A stretch of 54,982 nucleotides of DNA, counting the filler, from Stramenopiles sp. TOSAG23-3 (taxonomy: Eukaryota), in NCBI GenBank assembly GCA_900128585.1. It is 4 parts of 4 records of this genome, joined end to end, with 100 filler letters (N's around TTAATTAATTAA, not from the genome) between each part and the next. Parts side by side here need not be neighbours in the genome. Positions count along the whole stretch, not along the records: positions 1 to 25,365 come from LT642290.1; 3 more parts are not named here. One strand, given 5' to 3'. The notes beneath the pieces were generated by a model, which was not told where the DNA came from, did no database searches, and saw only the letters and a program-made list of their open reading frames with translations. Every line of letters begins with the position of its first letter. The stretch's first letter is position 1. The translations under genes were made by a program, and so were the position numbers. This document shows positions 11,669-23,091 of this stretch, one piece after another.

Positions 11669-11983
11669 GGATACTTTGATGTGATGTGTGTAGTTTAACA
11701 TAAATATAAAAGACAAACAAAACTATAAATATTTTATTATACTAAAAAGGATCAATTTCGAAATTTGTTTGTGTACTTAAGATACCATATCCCTATATTA
11801 CGATATATACTATTTTCTTAAATCTGTTCCCTTATTCCTTCTTCCTCTCCTTCATCATGGATGTAATTTTTAACATCTTACACAGTACAATATTTCCTTC
11901 TGAATTGTCATCGCATCGCCACCATACCGTATAGGAACGGGTAGGACTATGCATGAGTAATATAATGAAACACACGGGCGTTT

Positions 11984-14504
11984 ATGGCCATGCATGTTAC
12001 AATTTTGGAAGACTCGAAACCAGGACAACCAGTTGCACCCCAAGCCCCGTTAGTTGGACGGGAAAGCTCGCTAGACCAGGCGTACGGTCGAACTCAGTCC
12101 TACCATATAATGTCTACCGCGGCGCCCAAGCAGTACCGTGTCTCCGCTGGGGTATTTTTGCGTGCGGTAGGGGCCCTCTATTTTGTTTCATTTTTTCACT
12201 TGAGTTTTCAGGTTATTGGGTTGATCGGAGAAAACGGGATATCCCCAGCTCAGCGTTTTGTTGAGAGAATGTCAGATTTTGCGTTTGAAAAAGAGTCGCA
12301 GTTTTTGTACGGGCCGGTGTTTTATCCTTCTATTTTCTGGTACAGCGCTGCTGACGATATGCTACGTGGCGCGTGCTTCGTAGGAGTCTTGCTAAGTGCA
12401 GCGCTGATACTTGGTATTGGCCATACCAAACTAAATCTTCTGTTTTTGTACGTAACAAAACTCTCATTTTGCGTCGTGGGGGGAGATTTGTTTGCGTTTC
12501 CGTGGGACTACTTGCTTATGGAAACTACAATTCTCTCCCTGTTTTTTCCGTCGCTAAAACCTCTGTTTCTAGTATTATCAAAGCTTACGGGAGAAACGGA
12601 GGCGGGGGTGGGGAGCATTGCTGAGCCAGTGCCAATGGCACGTTGGGCAATAATTTTTTTGTGCATTCGGTTCATGCTAGCCATGGGCCTAGAGAAAGTG
12701 CCGTTCGTCAATAACTGTGAAGAATGGGAAAATTGGACATACATAAAATGGTTTTATGAACGGGAGCAGCCTATGCCAACTGCATTGGCTTGGTACGCAT
12801 TTCACTTACCAATGTGGTTTCACGAGATTTCTTGTTTGGCGACTTGGATCATAGAAGTTGTGATACCCCTTTTTGCGTTTTGGCCGTCGTTTCGGGTTAG
12901 AAAATGGTGTGGGATTATGTTGATTTTCCTTCAAATTCCAATCATGATAACTGGGAATTATGGTATTCTAAACTGGTTGACCATCGTCCTTTGTATCCCA
13001 ATGCTTGACGATACATGTTTTGTGTCTGGGGGGGGGGGCACCAATGAAGTCCAAGAATGCTTCACCCAGCCATGATGTAGGAGTGGGGGTCATGCCGCTG
13101 TTAAAAGAACCGGCGGGACAATCGACACTGGAAGAAAGAGAGCTGCGACCGCCGCGAGAATGCGGTCTCGCTAATCTTTTTCGACGAGTTGGGCCAGTCC
13201 TTCGGGCAATGTTCTTGGGCTCTCATGCCCTCTTGGGGCTGCTGTACACTTTCAGAATTTTAGAAGACGGAGGCGTGTCGTACTTGGCCAACCCCAGCTG
13301 GATAATGGATCGACGGAATCATTATAGTGATATTAGCACGATTGCACCGAAGGAAGTCTTGTTGTGGCTTCAGCGGTATCACATTATCCAGCAGTACGGC
13401 GGAGTCTTTTATGGAACGTTTGACCATCAGGGTAAGCTTGCGTTCATCATCGAGGGCAGCATGGACGGCGCGTTGTGGAAGGAGTATACGTACGAATACC
13501 ATATACAGGATGTGCAGGACAGTCCACGGTTCTTTGCACCGTTATTCCCCCGCATGGACCATATGATATTTTATGAATCCAATGGAATAGGATTTAATAA
13601 AATAAATCCATTTAGCCCACTGTTTAACCCGTCAGCATCTGGAAGTTGGTTTTTGGGGTTGGTTCAAAGACTTTTGGAAGCAGAGAGCTCGGTCACGAAT
13701 CTTTTTCACTCTGTTCCTTTTGGTAGACAGCGGCCCACGTATGTGAGGGTGAACCTTTACCAGTACCGCTTCACGAAGGGCTCCACCGAATCGAAAGATT
13801 GGTGGACTCGGAAATTTGTGACCGAGGTGCTGCCGCCCGTTACAATTGACAACGCGGATGAGAAGAACGCCTTTGCCGTCTGCTTCTATATATTGACGCA
13901 GGTCGGAACCTTCCCCCCACCAGAAATCAGGGAATTGTGTACTGTGTCATTTGGCGAGAAGGAAAAGTCTCGAGAAGAGGGAAACCACCCGGTTGTCCGA
14001 GTTTACGATTTCGACAATCCGACCAACATATACCGGCATTCGGCCACTTTGGCCATGTTATTACCAATGCTGCTGAGCGAAGCGTACTTGGAGAGCATTC
14101 GCGACGTTGTACATTTCAACGAAGAATTTTCAGTTTTGGGCAACGCTACTAGATCTTTGTCCCAGGATGTGAATGTGTACAGGCACATCCTGTACGCGCA
14201 TTCGGAATGCCGCTTGTTTATGTTAAACAGTCTGCCCTGGGGCAAGTTGCGCAACAATTTAATAAATGGCAAGGGTCTGTCTTGGCGGCAGTTCTCACGG
14301 GTTCTGGGCAGTGCGGATATAGAAGAAAATACCGCCAGGCGTATCATGTCCGTGGCCGACTTGACGCCGTCTTTTGACAGAATGGTTTCTTTCGATGAGC
14401 TGGTAGCTTGCCGGGAGTGTCTGTATGAATTGTGTGGATCGGGTTTCTTTGAATCAATGGCAGACAGGCTGAAAAAAATCGTGTCGTACCGCAAACCTGC
14501 GTGA
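11984..14504 (+). CDS. Lipase maturation factor (LMF1/LMF2 family), split by a one-base frameshift at the G11 run 13028-13038
   Basis: ORF1 has FLRAVGALYFVSF, QVIGLIGENGISP, FPWDYLLMET, EQPMPT and TGNYGILNWLT. ORF2 has IIEGSMDG..W..Y, PRMDH and PTYVRVNLYQYRFT...WW.R. Removing one G joins the frames. Confidence 0.85.
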
Positions 14505-15042
14505 ATAGTCTTAAATTATAAAACTAATTAATAACGCTGAAAAAAAGAAAGTTTATCGACGATTGGTTTTTATTAAATTTTAGCTTTCGTTATTCTACTA
14601 TTTTTTGGGACTATTTATTATACATCTACAGAGTAAGGAATGATGTAGTTATGCTATTCCTATATTATTTTTGCCTCGCCTGCCCAACCGGGCTCCGTCC
14701 GTCCGCGTTCCGCGTTCTCATAGAAGAAAGTGGTTTGTTCTCTCCTCTCTCTAATCTCCTCTCTCCTCCTTCTCTCTATTATTCTCCTCTTTCCTCTCTT
14801 CATCATATGATTAAAATATCATGTCGTTAAAAAATAATAATGTTGATGATGATGATAGAGATAATAAATAAAACAACAAATTAAATGTAATAATTAATAG
14901 CAATAAATGCGTGTTCACGACTTCAGTGAATGTTCTTTTGAAAGACACCAATCACAAAAGAAAAACAAATTTGAAGCGATCGACAGCGTAAGAACCAATT
15001 TTATTTCTGAAAATCAAGGCCTTGGATTTGAAAACGAAAGGG

Positions 15043-16197
15043 ATGAAGTGGTTTTCTATTGGTATTTTAGTACTCGCGTGCTGTTCGGCGGCCATTGCCC
15101 AGGGGAGCAGGGGGAAAATGGTCATAGTAGCGAACGATAAGAACCTGGTTGACATGGACGCAACTCATTCGCATGATTCAAAAACAGCGTCTGTATCGGA
15201 CGTTTTGTCGGGTCTGATTGGCGGCCCATTGGGGTGGGGTGGCACCCACGATGAAGTGTATGTGTTGGGAAACCTTCTTTATCGACCGCAAGGAAACCTG
15301 TTGGTGGTTGTAGAAGGGGCAGACCCAGCATACCTAAGAAAAGAAACTTTTATGACTGGTAAACCCGCGGTTGCGTTGGATTTACAGACCTCCGACGCCG
15401 ACGTCTTCCAGTGGACAAAGGTCGCCGCTGTAGTCGCACAGGAAGAGAAAGGAATGGACCGCCAGCTTTTGGTCGCGTCTGCGGACTCCACTTTTACCGA
15501 CGCCTGCACAGCGCAGCGTGACGACTGCGTGGGGTACACTGTAGGTAGCACTCAGTACCCAGAGTCTGCCCTGTTGGAGGCGATACACTTAAACATGGAA
15601 AACATCTGGGGCGCGTACGTTTTGAAGGCCACTAACGACTTGTTTGTGTTTGGGGACGGCGACTCGAAAATTATTTTGAGCTTGAACTCGGCGGTACACA
15701 AACAATTCCTCCTAGAGGTTGGGCTGCTTTCCGTAATCGCGAACGAAGGGGATGCGAAGAAGATGCAAAGCACGGGTACCGCGATGGTGATCAATGTAAT
15801 GTCATCCACGCTACCTTTTCTCGCCCAGTTTAAGGAAGGGACCAAGGAGCACAAGTTCGCGCAGCAACTGGTTTGGCACACGGTGAATGCGCTGGTCCAG
15901 TCATGGTCCAAGGTTTTCCCAGGTAGATTTACAAGTGAAATTGTTGCTATTCCACGGGACGGGGCATTGGCCCGCCGTCGACGGCTCTTGTCGAACGCTG
16001 CCCAGGCAAATGCGCTGAACAAGAACTATACTGCCGGCTACACCCAAGTCCAAATCGAGGATTACCAGCTGTTTCTATGGACATCAATCATACTGAGTGT
16101 TTTTGTTTTAATGGCAGTGTGCATGTTTTTTAACTTGGATGTAGAAAACGACAGAACTTTGTACAACTCTTACTTGGTCAAAAAGAAAGGCCTTTGA
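15043..16197 (+). CDS. ATP6AP2/(pro)renin-receptor-like V-ATPase accessory protein
   Basis: Signal peptide, RPQGNLLVVVEG, basic cleavage site RRRRLL, and a C-terminal TM LWTSIILSVFVLMAVCMFF followed by NLDVENDRTLY (cf. MDPGxDSIIY). Confidence 0.75.
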   Translation: MKWFSIGILVLACCSAAIAQGSRGKMVIVANDKNLVDMDATHSHDSKTASVSDVLSGLIGGPLGWGGTHDEVYVLGNLLYRPQGNLLVVVEGADPAYLRKETFMTGKPAVALDLQTSDADVFQWTKVAAVVAQEEKGMDRQLLVASADSTFTDACTAQRDDCVGYTVGSTQYPESALLEAIHLNMENIWGAYVLKATNDLFVFGDGDSKIILSLNSAVHKQFLLEVGLLSVIANEGDAKKMQSTGTAMVINVMSSTLPFLAQFKEGTKEHKFAQQLVWHTVNALVQSWSKVFPGRFTSEIVAIPRDGALARRRRLLSNAAQANALNKNYTAGYTQVQIEDYQLFLWTSIILSVFVLMAVCMFFNLDVENDRTLYNSYLVKKKGL

Positions 16198-16517
16198 AGG
16201 AGCTGGTCATGAGGGAAGGGCGTGAGCTTGAAAACTCTTGGCAAAGCGGTACTGGAGCGTTTCGAATATCATTCACCTCTTTGTAAGATTTTAAAATATT
16301 AATAATTAAAAACGTATTATACACATTTTTTGTTTATACACTATATATAATTTGTTTTATCCTACAATTGAGATAATCTTGAGAGTCTTAAAACATACTA
16401 TATAATCAGTTTTTTTTTTTTATAATTTGTTTTAACCACAATTTTTTTGTTTTTTATATAATAATTATGATATATTTCACAAATTTTATATGCTATGATG
16501 AAAGAAATTCTTTATAC

Positions 16518-18563
16518 CTATTCCTCTCGCGTCACAGGTTTCCCATCAACAAATTCAAATGGGGGAAGTTGGTCTGGGCGAATTGGAAAGTCACCCCCTA
16601 CCTTTGTTACCAACAAGTCGTAGGATTTCAGGAATTCATCGATACCAATTAAACCATCACCATTTTCATCACATGCCCGGAACAAAGCTTCTGCATCCAC
16701 GCGTCTCATACCATATTTTCCACACAACCTTCCTACAGTTTCGTCCTCGTCTAAAAATCCATTGTGGTCCACATCGAAGGCTTCGAATTCTACTTTTGCG
16801 GGATGCTCCACGCTCTGATCGACTTTGTACATCGTGCCAACGCCATGAGGCACGTCATTTTTGAACGGACCTTCCCACCGGTCATAACCCCATTTACCAT
16901 CGTAGAGGGAAGTGCCCCAACCTTCGCGTTTACCGCTTATCCACTGCCCCACGTATCCACCGCCGTTGGAGTATAACTTGCCTCCCTGACCGTGATAAAG
17001 CCCGTCGCACCATTCTCCCTCGTACGTTATTCCGTTTTCCCATTGCATGATCCCCGAGCCATGCGGTCGCCCGCGTTTTTCATCCCATTCACCACTGTAC
17101 AAGGAGGTCACACTCTCCGTGGAAGGGGAACCATCCGTAAACCCTTCCACCCCAAGATCGTTTACAAGAACAATTGGACCTCGCTCCAAAAGTTGGAATG
17201 CCTGTTTTAGTGTGGAATCGGGCAAAGACTCGATCGCCTCATAGTACAAGTCGATGGTTTCGGGATTATTGCCTTCAACAGCGACAAACTTTGCCCCCGA
17301 AACAACAGCCTTTATTGCAGCGTTTTTGTAACCCCGATCGCTTGCGGTACCGCTGGCCCCGGACTCTACCAAAAATTCGACGAAGCTAACGATTGTTTCG
17401 ATGGAGCTGACAAACGTCGCAGACGGGTACAGTCGCACGCACTGCCGAAGACGTTCGGAAGGATCTCCCAGAACATTTGTTGCTAAGACTGCCCAGTTCG
17501 ATACCTTTCCGTGAAACGCATTTAAGTAAGGCAAAAATTTAGACGCATCATTGTGAGTTCCAGTTTTCACCTCATCTAGAAACAGTGAAAGGTCTTCTCC
17601 TTCGTTCATGTTGAAAAATACAGGAGCTGGGGGAGTATTCCAGGACCGTCTACCCTCGTCCCCCTTTCGTCCCAAGGCATGAAGGGCCCAGCTAGCAGCC
17701 CGGATTGTCGTCACTGCATTCTTGCATTGGATGCCAATAATGGATTCTTGTGGTAACATCGATGGGGCCACCAGTTCTCGGTACGTGCTCCCGTCCCTGC
17801 TAGATATCAAAACCTTTGCCATGGGGCTTTTCAGTCCCTTTTCTTCAAACCGAATGGCCTCTGGGACACCTTCAACGCCGACTGCTCGTTCGCCAACTTT
17901 GTTGACCTTTGTTTCGTCATCGACCAGGCGCAGCCCGAACACCTCCAGTGCACGGGCATGTTCTTCCTCTCCAACGCCTTCCATCAGAGCACGCAACGTT
18001 AACAGGGCGCATGCAGCATCCTCTCCCTCCCTCTCTCGCTCCCCTTTGACCATGTTGTGCGTGTAGTGCTTTCCCTCCCCCGAGCTGTCCACGCAGGCTG
18101 CGTGGCACCTATACCCCCCCCGCCGCTGGTAGTGACTCACTATTGTAGCCGTAGAGGCCACCCCAACACAGTCCGGCCACTGGTCCAAGAAGGGCGTCAA
18201 CGCCAGAGCGCGATCACGTGCAGCCGAAGCCAGCAAGATTGCCATCTCTGGGCTGCAAAATCCAATGCCCTGTGATTTCTCGACTCGTTCGTGCTTCGAG
18301 AGGAACTCCAGGCAACTATTTTTATCGTACGGGACGAGCGCCTCCAGCAAACATTTAGTAGCGCCGGGTTCAGAAAGCATCCATGACACCAGGTGACCCC
18401 CACCGCCGGTAACGGCCACTACGGCCCGAGGTTGGTTCGCAAGTCTACTCCGGCCACGCGAGTACAACGCAGATATAGCACCCGAAACAACCCCGGAATC
18501 GCTGTTGCTCGTAAAGCTGCGGCGTGCCGACAGTTGGGCGCGTCTTGAGAGAGCTCGCCACAT
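16518..18563 (-). CDS. CinA-like domain + degenerate nucleotidyltransferase-like region + MORN repeats + EF-hands; probable mitochondrial presequence
   Basis: AVTGGGGHLVSWMLSEPGATKCLLEALVPY and CSPEMAILLA...RAL motifs, YxGEW..G..HG.G repeats, and EF loops DVDHNGFLDEDE and DENGDGLIGIDE. N-terminus MWRALSRRAQLSARRSFTS. Confidence 0.75.
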   Translation of the reverse strand: MWRALSRRAQLSARRSFTSNSDSGVVSGAISALYSRGRSRLANQPRAVVAVTGGGGHLVSWMLSEPGATKCLLEALVPYDKNSCLEFLSKHERVEKSQGIGFCSPEMAILLASAARDRALALTPFLDQWPDCVGVASTATIVSHYQRRGGYRCHAACVDSSGEGKHYTHNMVKGEREREGEDAACALLTLRALMEGVGEEEHARALEVFGLRLVDDETKVNKVGERAVGVEGVPEAIRFEEKGLKSPMAKVLISSRDGSTYRELVAPSMLPQESIIGIQCKNAVTTIRAASWALHALGRKGDEGRRSWNTPPAPVFFNMNEGEDLSLFLDEVKTGTHNDASKFLPYLNAFHGKVSNWAVLATNVLGDPSERLRQCVRLYPSATFVSSIETIVSFVEFLVESGASGTASDRGYKNAAIKAVVSGAKFVAVEGNNPETIDLYYEAIESLPDSTLKQAFQLLERGPIVLVNDLGVEGFTDGSPSTESVTSLYSGEWDEKRGRPHGSGIMQWENGITYEGEWCDGLYHGQGGKLYSNGGGYVGQWISGKREGWGTSLYDGKWGYDRWEGPFKNDVPHGVGTMYKVDQSVEHPAKVEFEAFDVDHNGFLDEDETVGRLCGKYGMRRVDAEALFRACDENGDGLIGIDEFLKSYDLLVTKVGGDFPIRPDQLPPFEFVDGKPVTREE

Positions 18564-19397
18564 CGGCGTTCTTGCGTTCGTTGGTCGATTTACACCTCGC
18601 CGCAAAACGAACGTGGGCTATTCCTAAAACTAGATTTATTTGAACAGAACAAAGAGTAAAACCCTAACGTTCAATATCTTTTTCTTCTTTTTTTATCAAC
18701 AACAAACAGTACAAAATTGTGGGTTTTTGTTTCGCTTATTGCTAACTGCTTCGATTCTTCTTCTTCCGTTATAGTAAAATGTTAATCTTCTTTATTATTA
18801 TTATATCCTCCCCGATTATATTTGTTGTGACAACACACCACCAACCACCACTGCTGTTGTTGTAGCACCATTATTATTATATTATTAATATTCAATTATT
18901 ATTATTATTATTTTATTTACCACTTACCACCAAGAAGGTATTACAAAAATAAAAATTATTTCTTCTTCTTCTTCTTCGTTCTTCTTCTACCTCGTACTAT
19001 TTTGCTACTACTACTACGGGATAATACCGGTACCGTACCTGGTACCCGGTTGTTTTTGACCTGGAGGCCTGGAGGCCTGGAGGCCTGGATGGAGGCTTCG
19101 TTCTTCCTTCTTCTTCGTGTTTGTTGTTGTGTGTTGTATAAAAAATAATATTACATAGATATAAATAATATATGATAATAGGGTGGTGGTGTTTTTTGTT
19201 TTGTTTTTGTATGTTGTTTTTGGTGTCGTTGTTGTTGTTTTGTTTTTGGTGTCGTTGTTGTTGAATTGATTTAACATAATAAAATTAATCAATTATTCAT
19301 GGAAAATGCAGACAATGCAAAGGTGTACATTTCTCATATTATCACAATTACCAACAAGCATTTGTAAACCGTCGGTAGAGCGTGCACTTCAATCATC

Positions 19398-20512
19398 ATG
19401 GCGAGGTTGTCTTCAAAAAGCTATGGGGAGAAGTCCACCACTACGGCGGTTGGTACAGTTTTGGAAGCAGCCGTGAACGATGTCATTTTAGAAGAGGCGG
19501 ATCGAAACACTGTAATGAAAGCATTTGGGCTGGTCAGGCCCTTGCTGACTACCTCCACTATCGTCTCAAAAGGAACGCGCATCAGACCTTTTCTAAAATG
19601 CGAAGGTAATGTCTTATTCAAAACCTCAAATATCCGCGCGTTGCAAAGGGCCATTCTGCGTCGAAGGATTGAAGTTGAGAATCACGGTAGCAAACCGGTT
19701 GTTTTTACCGCGCCCCATACGCTGGCGCTTCAACGAGATAACAATTCAGACCACAAGCCGGAAGATTTTACTGGAACACTAGCGCGTCGGTTTGCGAAGA
19801 TATGTGGAGGTGCATGCATAACGTGGACGGAGAGCGAAAGGCTAAGGATTCGAGACGGAGGGACGGATCCGACCAACAGAGACCCGAACTATTTGAAAGA
19901 TAGTGAATTGTTGGAAAATCCATGGTTCGCTGCGCTGCGGTCGTTGAGGGAATTTAAGGTTCCGTTGTGGGATGTGGAAGGGGCCATGAAGCCCTGCCTG
20001 CACGTTGACGTTCATGGTATGAAAGATCCACCGTCTCATCCTGTGGACGTATTTATAGGTACCGGGTAAGTTCCTGTTTCCCCTATTTCATCGGTCGCAT
20101 CGTTTCGTTTCACAACTAACATTTGCCAACCTGTTTTTTCTTCTATTCTCTCCCGTACAGTGCCATGCGACGGCACCTCAGTGAAAAGCGGACGGACGAT
20201 TTTGTGCGCCGTATTGAGAAGAACCTGATCCCTGTTCTTGATGAAATAATACTAGACAAGGAACGTCTGCAGTGCCATTGCGGCTTGCAGACGCCGCAAC
20301 CAAAGTTCAGCGGAGATTGGGGCCCTGGTTCGAAAGTGAATAGTTTGACGCAGTTGAGTACAAACCAGGATCTGTGGATGGGATGTGGGAGTATTTGTTA
20401 TAGTTACGCCGTTCAGGTCGAACTCTCGTATCGGTTTCGAAAATATTTAGACAAGAATCGAAAAGGGAGGGAATCCTTCATCAACGCAATTGTATCATCC
20501 GTCGCATTTTAG
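19398..20512 (+). CDS. Zn-dependent hydrolase of the N-formylglutamate amidohydrolase-like fold; two exons (19398-20065, 20161-20512)
   Basis: Motifs FTAPH, E-D-x-T, RDPN, HVDVHG, D..IGTG and VQVELS. Removing the GT-AG intron gives in-frame ...GT-G-AMRR. Confidence 0.7.
20066..20160 (+). other. Spliceosomal intron, 95 nt
   Basis: GTAAGT donor, CTAAC branch-like site at 20116-20120, pyrimidine tract and TACAG acceptor. Splicing restores the frame. Confidence 0.9.
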
Positions 20513-21074
20513 GTAAGGATTGGCATGCGTGAAAGTGTATTACATTTGTCTTACATTCACATATATTTATATACGTCATTTCACAAAAATGAAAATACCT
20601 AACCCAAAAATATTTGAAAAAATAAAATATCACATCTAATATTCCAATTCCTGGTACTTCTTCTTCTTCAATAAATAATCTTTTATCATCTTCTTCAACT
20701 TCTTCTTATAAGCTCTGTTACATGGATATAGCACGGTGTATATATCGTCTTAATTAGTATAGATAATTATATACTTGTGTAAATATTGTTCATAGGAAAG
20801 ATGAAATACAAGTTCTATTTTCTTTCGATTACTTGCGTTACAGTTTGATGTGTTCATATGAGTTCATGTGAAGTTATATTATATATAGAAATAGCACTGA
20901 GCACCGGAATGCTTTTCCGAAACCTCCTTCCTCTTTTTCTCTTTTATACGTTATAATTACACCTGCTATTTCTATATTATATAATGATGACTTTTGTTGG
21001 CTGCTTATAGATGGTGTGATGATGAAAAGCGGATGATCACACCAGCATGACAGCGTGACCTTGATGACGCTGCG

Positions 21075-21318
21075 AAGAAGAAGAAGAAGAAGAGGAGAAG
21101 AAGAAGAAGAAGAAGAAGAAGAAAAAAAAAAAAAAAAAAAAGAAGAAAAAAAAAAGAGAAAAAAAAAAAAAGAAGCAGACAGGGGAGAGAGGTCTCTCTC
21201 TCTCTTCTTCTTCTTCTTCTCTTCTTCTTCTTCTTCTCTCCTCCTCTCTCTTCTTCTTCTTTTTCTTCTTCTTCTTCTTCTCTCCTCCTCTCTCTTCTTC
21301 TTCTTTTTCTTCTTTCTC
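21075..21318. repeat. (GAA)n/A-rich purine tract followed by (CTT)n pyrimidine tract
   Basis: Directly visible low-complexity sequence. Confidence 0.9.
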
Positions 21319-21499
21319 ATTGCGTGTTAGTAAGTTCGAGGGTTTGTAAGTGATTCCGAAATTCTTCATATTGCCACCCAGGAAAAAAACAACTTGCGTT
21401 TATTCGATTCTTATCTTTCTTAACACGTCAATATTATTATTTCACTGCGGACGGTGACAACATACGTACTATACATACACGTAGTACAGAACGGGAACA

Positions 21500-22678
21500 A
21501 TGTTCAAGTCCTCCGATGACTCTTTAGACTGCCGCTTCCAGAAGGCTGGGTTTTTAATGAAGCTTCCCTTTGCAACCAAAGGGCGGTGGCAGAAACGTTG
21601 GTTCGTGCTGAAGGACGGGTATATGCTCTATTATGGTAGCTTTAAAAAGTCGACGGAGAAGTTCGACCAGCACCCAAGGGGCGCCGTTCCCCTTGGTAAT
21701 TGCACCATTGAGTACTTCGACGACGCGCCGAAAATACCAAAAGGTTACTACGCGTTTCGGGCCACGCATCCGAACTTCGGTGGCGGCGCAATGACCCTGG
21801 CGTGTTCCGGAAAGGAAGAACGGGACGAATGGATGGCAATCATGCGCGACTGCAGGAGAATAACCTACGAGAATGCACTGCTGGGGGACGGAATGATAAA
21901 GAAGTTGAACAGCAAAGGCTCGGAGCTGGAGGCAGAGCAGGAGGCCGCGATGAAGGAATTTGAAGCAAACGCGCTGCGCCACCGGGAGGAGAGGGAGGCC
22001 TTCGAGGACGCCAAGACGAAAATGGACGACGCGCACAAAGAAGTCGCGAGTATCGACAAAGCGTTGCAAGAGAAGGCGTCGAAGGCGAAAGAAACGGAAG
22101 AGGAACATGCGCAGTTGATGAAAGAGATGGATGCGTACGAAGAGGCTGCAAAGCGGTTAGACGAAGAAAATAATCGCATCGTAGAAGAGCAGGCCCGTTT
22201 GGCCCAGGAGAAGGAGGACGCCGAAGCCCAGCTCGTGGGAGTTGCCGAAGAAGCGGCGACGATGGAGGAGCAGCGAATCGAAGCGGAGCAGAAGCGAGAA
22301 GAGCAAAAGGCGAAAGCGACAGAAGACCAGGCCAAACTGGAGAAGCAAATGGGCGAGTTGTTGAAGGCAAAGGAGGGATTAGAAGCGCGATTGGAGAAAG
22401 AGGCCGTGAAGCATAAGAAAGCCGAAATCAAATTGAAAATGGCCCAAGACTCCGTGCGCCGGCTGGACTCTGCACTGAAACTAAGTGGCGCATCATTAGA
22501 CGACAAATTGTCGAACGATGTCAAAAATCTTATGGGCTTTTTTGAGAAACAGGTGAGTGACCTAAAGCATCAAGTGGATCATGCTGAGAATGTTAAAATT
22601 GGGCTTCGTCAGCACAAACAATACCGCAAAAAAGCCCGGCAATTAAGCGTAGCGCACCCCAGCCAGCTGAACAAGTAG
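21500..22678 (+). CDS. PLEKHD1: PH domain + coiled-coil protein, PLEKHD1-like
   Basis: GFLMKLPF...WQKRWFVLKDGYMLYY, HPRGAVPLG, ITYENALLGDGMI and DVKNLMGFFE parallel recalled PLEKHD1 motifs (HPKGVIPLG, VTWKNAQLGEAMI, DVSHLKRFFE). Confidence 0.75.
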   Translation: MFKSSDDSLDCRFQKAGFLMKLPFATKGRWQKRWFVLKDGYMLYYGSFKKSTEKFDQHPRGAVPLGNCTIEYFDDAPKIPKGYYAFRATHPNFGGGAMTLACSGKEERDEWMAIMRDCRRITYENALLGDGMIKKLNSKGSELEAEQEAAMKEFEANALRHREEREAFEDAKTKMDDAHKEVASIDKALQEKASKAKETEEEHAQLMKEMDAYEEAAKRLDEENNRIVEEQARLAQEKEDAEAQLVGVAEEAATMEEQRIEAEQKREEQKAKATEDQAKLEKQMGELLKAKEGLEARLEKEAVKHKKAEIKLKMAQDSVRRLDSALKLSGASLDDKLSNDVKNLMGFFEKQVSDLKHQVDHAENVKIGLRQHKQYRKKARQLSVAHPSQLNK

Positions 22679-23091
22679 ATGCCCTGGTACTTCAAGAAAA
22701 TCTAAATTGGTGGAACCCAAGACAGAAGAATTGGCACATTCCCAATCTGCTCTATATACGCGGAAGCCGGTTTTAGGTATGCTTTTAAAGTATAGTATGT
22801 ATAACTAAGAAATTCTGAACAAAAACACGGAACAACAACGAAACGGTACTACGAACTCCTATAATTTTCATGGCGGTAGAAATCTATAATTTACCGGGGG
22901 GTCTTCTTCTTCATTGCGTCCCCACAGTAATATGGCTGTACAGCTCCTATTGCAACACGCCAAAAAAAATATCATCACTGAAACGCTGTAGAAGAACGAG
23001 GGCGGCTAGCCAACAGCATGACGTTAGTTATTTACAAACCGGTTTTGTACGATAAACTGAATTAGCTTTCTTTTTTTAAATAGAAGAATTC

